Assembly (NCBI GenBank): GCA_018985225.1 | Contig: JADGIF010000431.1 | Coordinates: 1 to 8,727 of the forward strand | Length of the DNA stretch: 8,727 nucleotides | Reading direction: 5' to 3' | Origin: Amoeboradix gromovi X-113 | Taxonomy: Eukaryota > Fungi > Sanchytriomycota | Shown: positions 1 through 5,585 of the stretch, piece by piece | Layout of the letters: each line of letters starts with the position of its first letter | Numbering within the stretch: the stretch's first letter is position 1 | Notes under the pieces: generated by a model | Told to the model about the DNA's origin: nothing | Database searches by the model: none | The model's input: only the letters and a program-made list of their open reading frames with translations | Made by a program: the position numbers and the translations under genes

Positions 1-288
1 TATAAAAGGAAAATAAATGTTCTGTACAGCTATTCTCTTACTCTTTCATCCAATCTTTATTTCAAACAAAATATCACTATCACTGTAAAAACTAGAATAG
101 ATAAGAGTAACGATGTCAGTATAACATTACAAAATGACTCTAGAAAAGAGCACCGTCTAAGAAAATGCACCTTTTGCTTAGATGCTCAAAGACCTCATAT
201 ATGAACGAGATAGTGGGTCTTCTACTTTTATTTTAAAAAGAGGAATACAATCAATGAAAGAAAATTGGTACAACAGAAAAAGATCTTT

Positions 289-359
289 TATTAATGGTTT
301 CCTCTGAATGGAGCACCTCCTATAAAAGCTAGTTAGTTTAGTTTTTATATTTGGTGTCC
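289..359 (+). repeat. Left copy of a ~70-bp imperfect inverted repeat (partner at 8655..8727)
   Basis: 331..359 AGTTAGTTTAGTTTTTATATTTGGTGTCC matches the reverse complement of 8655..8683 at 28/29 nt. 298..318 matches the reverse complement of 8693..8713 at 18/21. TATTAATG at 289..296 matches the reverse complement of 8720..8727. The blocks are colinear and separated by small indels. Confidence 0.9.
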
Positions 360-509
360 TAGAAGAATTTCACCATGCGCAATGTTTTTATTTTACAGAG
401 TCAATTAAATGATGTTATTTTTATGGCAACAATAAATATGCTCCCATTCAGTAAGGATGCACAAACAAGAAACAAGAAAGAGCAAATGTATATATTTATT
501 GGGTTGTAC

Positions 510-899
510 TCAGCAGATGCAAACGATCTCTAAGTCAGGCTGTTTAAGAATGCTATATTGAAAATAGTAAATGCCTCCAAATCCTTTGACTGCTTTACAG
601 ATACAGCACACAGTACACGGTACACAGCGGTCCATGGCAATGAAAGAAGCTCTGTTACAGTGATTGCTCACGCTCTCACAACCCTGGATCGGTACTGGAT
701 AACTATGCATATACTTGTGTATATTAGTTGCTGCCATATGGTCATTATATCCAAATGACAATGGGTCCCTTGTACACGTCTGACTAGTATATGCTTGATT
801 AAATTCCACAATCTTCTTTTCTTGGTGATGAATGCACAGAATGCCTCCTAGTTATTTCGCTAGATCTAACATATTCGGGATTAAATCAATATGTTCCAT
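510..899 (-). pseudogene. Probable degenerate TnpB/Fanzor-like C-terminal remnant (zinc-finger start plus RuvC-III motif)
   Basis: The frame reads MEHIDLIPNMLDLAK*LGGILCIHHQEKKIVEFNQAYTSQTCTRDPLSFGYNDHMAATNI. VEFNQAYTSQTC (809..774) resembles the TnpB/Fanzor Vx(V/I)(N/D)(E/P)xYTSxxC motif. DHMAATNI (743..720) resembles the RuvC-III RDxNAAxNI motif, in the correct order and the same frame. Most of the zinc finger between them is missing, no RuvC-I motif was found, and there is an in-frame TAA at 854..852. Confidence 0.5.
601..628. repeat. Degenerate 7-bp tandem repeat, 4 copies
   Basis: ATACAGC ACACAGT ACACGGT ACACAGC, read directly from the sequence. Confidence 0.6.
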
Positions 900-1283
900 T
901 TATCATTTGTGAAAAGAAAAAATATCGAGCATTTATAGAACTGGAAAACTCACGTAAATGTAAAAATGCATACGAATTCGGGACAAATGGGCCATGCTCT
1001 GTAAAAACTAGACAAGACAAAATGTATACAAATTTAAAAAATAAATAGTCTGTATAGCTACTATTTTGCCCTTTCATACAGTCTTTATTTTAGATTTGTA
1101 CGATAACCATTGAAGCGAATGGTGAGAGACCAGGTTGGCAACAAAGGATTATACAAACAGTTCGCCTATTGTCTAGGTTGAAGAAATATGGGACACTTCT
1201 GTGAAAAGTTCAACTTGGTAAATCTGGTCACCCACTTTTACCATCTGTTTACTTTTTTCAGCAGTGTGTCAGGGAGATTTAAA

Positions 1284-2270
1284 ATGAATCAATACTTGAA
1301 GATGGAAAAGTTGGGATCTGGAGCCATTGGCATAGTGTTCAAGGCGCAAAATAAATCAACTGGGGAGTTCGTGGCTTGAAAAAGAATACGAATTGATAAT
1401 GAAGAGGAAGGAATAGCATGCACAGCGATTAGAGAAATCAGTTTATTAAAGGAATTGCAGCATAAAAACATAGTTAAATTGCATGATGTTATCTATACAG
1501 AGAGGAAGCTAACTTTGGTATTTGAATATGCAGAAACCGATTTAAAAAAGTATTTGGATAATTTTCAAGGCCAAATCGAGTCGTCGACAGTCAAGTCTTT
1601 CCTCTTTTAATTGCTTCAAGGGCTGGACTATTGCCACTCTTGCAAGATAATGCATCGGGATTTAAAGCCTGGGAATTTGCTTATTACAAAGAGTGGGGTT
1701 TTAAAAATTGCTGATTTTGGATTAGCCAGGGCGTTTGGCATCCCTGTTAGGGTTTATAGCAATAAAGTAGTCACGCTATGGTATAGAGCTCCTGATGTAC
1801 TGTTGGGCAATAAGAATTATACCCAAAGTATTGATTTGTGGAGTGTTGGCTGTTTATTTGCAGAGGTGCTAACTGGATTGTCATTCTTCCCTGGTAGCAA
1901 TTCCAAAGACCAAATTATACTAATGTTTAAAACTCTTGGTACTCCTATGAACTATTGATGGCCAGGAGTGGCCGATTTTCCAAACTATCCCATAGATTTA
2001 CCCATATTTCCATCAAGTAATCTGAGCGAATCATTACCCCAACTGGAAGAAAACGGATTTAACCTCCTATATGGTTTATTAAACTACATTCCCGATCAAA
2101 GATTAACCACTGAATCTGCGCTGCAATCATCCTTTCTTAATGACGTAGTTACTGGTATAATCCCAGTGCCATCCTCCAACTCAACATCCAGTGCTGCTCA
2201 AAGATTCTTACCCGAGATCGGATCTCAAATATTAGGGTCGCTGACATCCAATGCAACAAGTTTTTTATGA
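1284..2270 (+). pseudogene. CDK5: CDK5/PHO85-like (CTAIRE-type) cyclin-dependent kinase, full length (328 codons) with three in-frame stops
   Basis: One frame from ATG 1284 reads [131 protein letters not shown]. Internal stops are TGA 1377..1379, TAA 1608..1610 and TGA 1956..1958; the terminal stop is TGA 2268..2270. It is colinear with known CDK5-like proteins across the stops, so no introns or frameshifts are needed. The symbol denotes the subfamily, not proven orthology. Confidence 0.9.
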
Positions 2271-2697
2271 TTCACAAATAATTTTTTTTAAAATAACTGT
2301 TTATTATCATTTGGTTACCACTGCAGTTGACATGCAAGGTATATCAGAGTGTTACGATACTACTAAAATCTTCATCATCTACAGCGAGCTAAGCAACATG
2401 GACTTGTCCACAAATCTTACATGCTGAGTATTTGATAGCACGTCATGGTATAAATCAAAATCGCAGTCGTGGTAATGAGATAGCTTTGTATCCCGGCACT
2501 CGTATATAACTCTACACCTTCTGGATCCACTAATCGGAATATCCCATAGTTTGGGCTCTTTGTAGGTGCACATACTATGGCTATACTCTCAGGCAAGGCA
2601 GCTGAAATAGAAAGTTAGTAATATTAAAGATGTGCGGTCTTATATTGTAACTGAAATAAAAAGATTTTAATTACTCTGATGATTTTAGAAACACCCA

Positions 2698-3450
2698 ATG
2701 CAGCTTCCATCCCTGAAGCAAAACGAAATTCTAAAAGGAAGAATCCAACACCAAGAGTCATTGGTACCTCTGAAAGCCCAGACTGCAGGCCAGATCTTGT
2801 TGACAGCAGCCGGAACCATGAGTGCCATATCGTTTGAACCATTTGTTCTGCAGCAACCTGCGCTAGGGTCCGTCATACTTACGATCGTACAGCAGATCGG
2901 ATTTGTGGATGACGGGTACGAGTGGAAAGATGTTGAAAGGTCAGAGAGAGTGAGCCTGGATGCATCAAGAAGCGTAGAGATTATTGAAAATGTTTCTGGC
3001 CAGATCCCGGGTGAGAACATCATGACGGTGGGTAGGAGGAGATTCAAATACCACATGAATGCCCAGAGCTCGTATCTCCAGCTGCTGCAGTACTTTCCAG
3101 TCGGGGACCATGTGTAGCAGGCTGTGGTCCCGGCATATGCAAAGGCCGAGCCCAGAAGAGCTAAAAGACTTCCATGCCTGCCATCAAACACGGCATACTC
3201 GAGGCTTCCCACATCGTTTGTGGCCAAGAACAGGCTCCCTGAGCAGAAGGCTCTTAGAGAGATAGCAAATGAGCGGTACTCTGAGAACTACAGGCTGATG
3301 CACAACGTGTTTTATCCTCAGCCATCGAGTGGGGATGTGGTTGATTTCGAGGGAGGACTGTTTACGAAGATGCTGAAAGGCGACAAATCAGAGGAAGAGA
3401 TGATTTCGATACTGCAGTCCAAGATCGATCTCTTGCAGCAAGCAGAGTAG
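2698..3450 (+). pseudogene. ssr4: Ssr4/DUF1750-like SWI/SNF and RSC complex subunit, ~250 codons with one in-frame TAG
   Basis: ORFs 2698..3117 and 3124..3450 share a frame and are separated only by TAG 3115..3117 (GDHV*QAVVP). The motifs QPALGSVILT, FVDDGYEWKDVE, VEIIENVSGQIPGE, RRRFK and LQLLQY follow the fungal Ssr4 N-domain pattern as I recall it (PxxGxxxLT, FxxDGYxWxDxE, EIxxxxSGxxPGE, RRRY/F, LxxxHY). LREIANERYSENYRLMHNVF resembles the C-terminal REIxxxRYxxNHxxMxxIF motif. Confidence 0.62.
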
Positions 3451-3612
3451 AGCTGCACTGGATATTCTGGGATTCAGCACAAAAGCGAGACCTGCGCTTT
3501 AGAAGAGATGGCCAAGAGAAGGAATCATCCGCATCTCTTTCGTGTGTGATGCCGAGTAGGAATCATGGCAGCTAGAGCTATAAGATATTAAAAAGATTAA
3601 AACAAAGATTTA

Positions 3613-4047
3613 TTAAATAGTAGCTTTATTACTTCTCTTCTCAATTGCAGAACTGCTTGCTTTTAATCCAAGCTTGTCCTGTACCACATCACTATTGGAC
3701 TGAGAGGCTTTAAGAATAGGCTTCAACTCAATGGCCTTATTGTCCTCAGTAGTATCAATGTGTGCTGTAGTAACAGCTTCAACACCAGGACTGTTCCCAC
3801 CATCACCACTTGGAGCCTCATAAGCCACTTCACCATGCTCATTTTATTGCACATGGTAAATTAATAACAATAATACAATGATTGAAATAAGAACACTAAT
3901 TGGAATTTGAACACCAGCAATTGAAAAGATGAGTAAGATTGGAATCAATGCAATAAAAATAAAAATAATGAAAAGCTTACTGGTGCTCAATGGCACAAAT
4001 TAATCAGTTAGCCAAGAGTAGTAGTTTTCTGATTGTTGATTAGTCAT
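3613..4047 (-). pseudogene. Small putative membrane protein (two adjacent TM helices plus a polar tail), 144 codons with two in-frame TAA
   Basis: From ATG 4047 it reads MTNQQSENYYSWLTD*FVPLSTSKLFIIFIFIALIPILLIFSIAGVQIPISVLISIIVLLLIYHVQ*NEHGEVAYEAPSGDGG...SNKATI*. Internal TAA codons are at 4002..4000 and 3846..3844, and it ends in tandem TAA TAA (3615..3610). It is in frame with the listed ORF 3613..3828. No family recognised. Confidence 0.5.
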
Positions 4048-4116
4048 GATGCTCGAATACTCAAATATTCTGGACTTGCTCGGCGACGTCTTTTTGCAAA
4101 CCGCTGCAGGGAAGCA

Positions 4117-4124
4117 TTATATAA
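4117..4124. promoter_or_regulatory. Possible TATA element for the minus-strand membrane-protein gene
   Basis: Palindromic TTATATAA lies about 70 bp upstream of ATG 4047. This is weak evidence in AT-rich DNA. Confidence 0.2.
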
Positions 4125-4150
4125 GCTATAGTTGTCACTCTGATCCAATC

Positions 4151-4159
4151 CGCGAGATC
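4151..4159 (+). promoter_or_regulatory. CGCGAGATC motif, copy 1
   Basis: The identical 9-mer occurs at 5542..5550. This copy is about 105 bp upstream of the minus-strand ATG at 4047. Confidence 0.3.
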
Positions 4160-5541
4160 TCATCACAATATTCGAAGAACTCAAAAAGGGCAAAAACTAG
4201 CGTTTCCCAGCATTCATGTTAGGCAGCATTGCTTTTGGATCAAGGCATTGCAGGTGATTGTTCCCATAATTAATAAACTGATGGGTTCCAATAATTCTGC
4301 TAGAATAATGTAGACGGTTGGAAAATATCTATCAATCCATATCAGGTATGAAGAATGAAATAATCTTTAAATATTCAAGATGTGAAAGTACACTCTACAG
4401 AGATCTAAATCCTTATACTATTCAATGGGAACTCGTCCTGTCTATACCCAAAGGAATTTAGAACATTAGTTTTGCTTGTGTTCCTAGATTCACCGTAGGT
4501 GTTAGTAAGTAGACAGATCAAGCGAGTAAAGTTTAGCGATTCATTCCTTGTGGATTATATCGTCATTTTATAGAATTGGCAGATATGAGGAGCCCAACTG
4601 AACTTCACAGTACAAGACCCGATTCTGTAGAGAGAATGTTGCAAAGTTTATTTAGTTACGCTAGGTGTCTTCCTGATCAACAAATCGACCTCATTCACAA
4701 AAAGCTTTAGCGCAGGGACCCTTTACCTTTCAGGGTAGCATATTAGCGAGAAGGATGGAATAAGCCGTTCTATGGGTTTCTGACTAGATGCTGCTATCTA
4801 TGTCAATGGAAATCAGTGCCTTTCTATGCTTTTATTCGTATGAATATCACTGTAGGCTGACTCTGCAGTGCTTTGATCCGCACTTGGTTATGCAGAAATA
4901 TATTTAGAACTCACATGTTAGTTCTTAAGAAGCGACTCGTATAAGTGCTGGTGTCTCTTCATTCAGACGGTATGCAGTTCGGTGTCCAGCTACAAGAACA
5001 CTCATCAGTAATCTGGTTTTAGCAAACTAGAATTAGTTATTAGCAACAGGCTGTACTCATTCATTCTCACTTGGTGAAATAAGTGGTTTAATCAGCTTAA
5101 CTCATCTTTTTTTCCTCAGAGTTTTCATGATATTGATCAACTATCTGTGAATTCTACGCGTTCCTCAATATCAAGACCATCTGAGGTACCAGACTCCAGC
5201 TCGCTGTTATTGATGACAGTTGATACCATTCTCAACAATTTACGATCGAGAGACTGTTTACTTCCAAGACTATTCCGTAGAGGAGTGCATATTACAAAGT
5301 GGTATATGCGATAAGTGGAAAAGTAAGACTGTTTTTAGTAATGAATTTACTTAGATTCGGGTAGATTTGAGCACTGGTGCGTGGTATCAGCAGACAATTT
5401 ACAATTAGCAAATATTGATATGTTTTATACACCATCACCAGTATTGAACCGCTACTGTGCTCCGAAATCCTGAGATTATAATTCTAAATAATATCTCCAT
5501 TGTTATGACCAAAAGCCACTTTTGTTGCTGACGAATCGAAT

Positions 5542-5550
5542 CGCGAGATC
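5542..5550 (+). promoter_or_regulatory. CGCGAGATC motif, copy 2
   Basis: It lies 35 bp upstream of the LRR gene ATG (5586). Its context ATCGAATCGCGAGATC resembles ATCCAATCCGCGAGATC at 4143..4159. Confidence 0.3.
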
Positions 5551-5585
5551 AGTCATAAAAGTAGAACACGTCCATTTACTTATTT

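Noticed and set aside
1-204. Frame open from the window edge for 67 codons, ending ...RKCTFCLDAQRPHI*
   Set aside because: No start visible and no recognisable family; a single CxxC is insufficient.
300-457. Short imperfect inverted match between TCCTCTGAATGGAGCA (300..315) and TGCTCCCATTCAGTAAGGA (439..457)
   Set aside because: It needs two gaps over about 16 matches and cannot be separated from chance by eye.
558-1077. ORFs 558..758 (+) and 886..1077 (-)
   Set aside because: Short, no recognisable motifs; the first is antisense to the Fanzor-like frame.
1188-1283. Upstream ATG 1188 as the kinase start
   Set aside because: CDK similarity begins at MNQYLKMEKLG (ATG 1284, preceded by AAA); the extension has no kinase similarity.
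1377-1958. Small introns or TGA=Trp as explanations for the CDK stops
   Set aside because: The protein is colinear with CDK5-like kinases across each stop, leaving no room for introns. The TGAs are not at Trp columns, and the conserved Trp residues use TGG.
2300-2573. Minus ORF 2379..2573 with a possible frameshifted tail VDDEDFSSIVTL, faintly like the tRNA-splicing subunit Sen15
   Set aside because: It requires a frameshift and a stop, and the resemblance covers only a few residues.
2624-3265. ORFs 2624..2842 (-), 2685..3227 (-) and 3059..3265 (+)
   Set aside because: Antisense or alternate-frame shadows of the GC-rich Ssr4-like gene.
4860-5500. Possible decayed gene fragments on both strands, such as RMVSTVINNSELESGTSDGLDIEERVEF on the minus strand
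   Set aside because: Fragmented by many stops and no family recognised.
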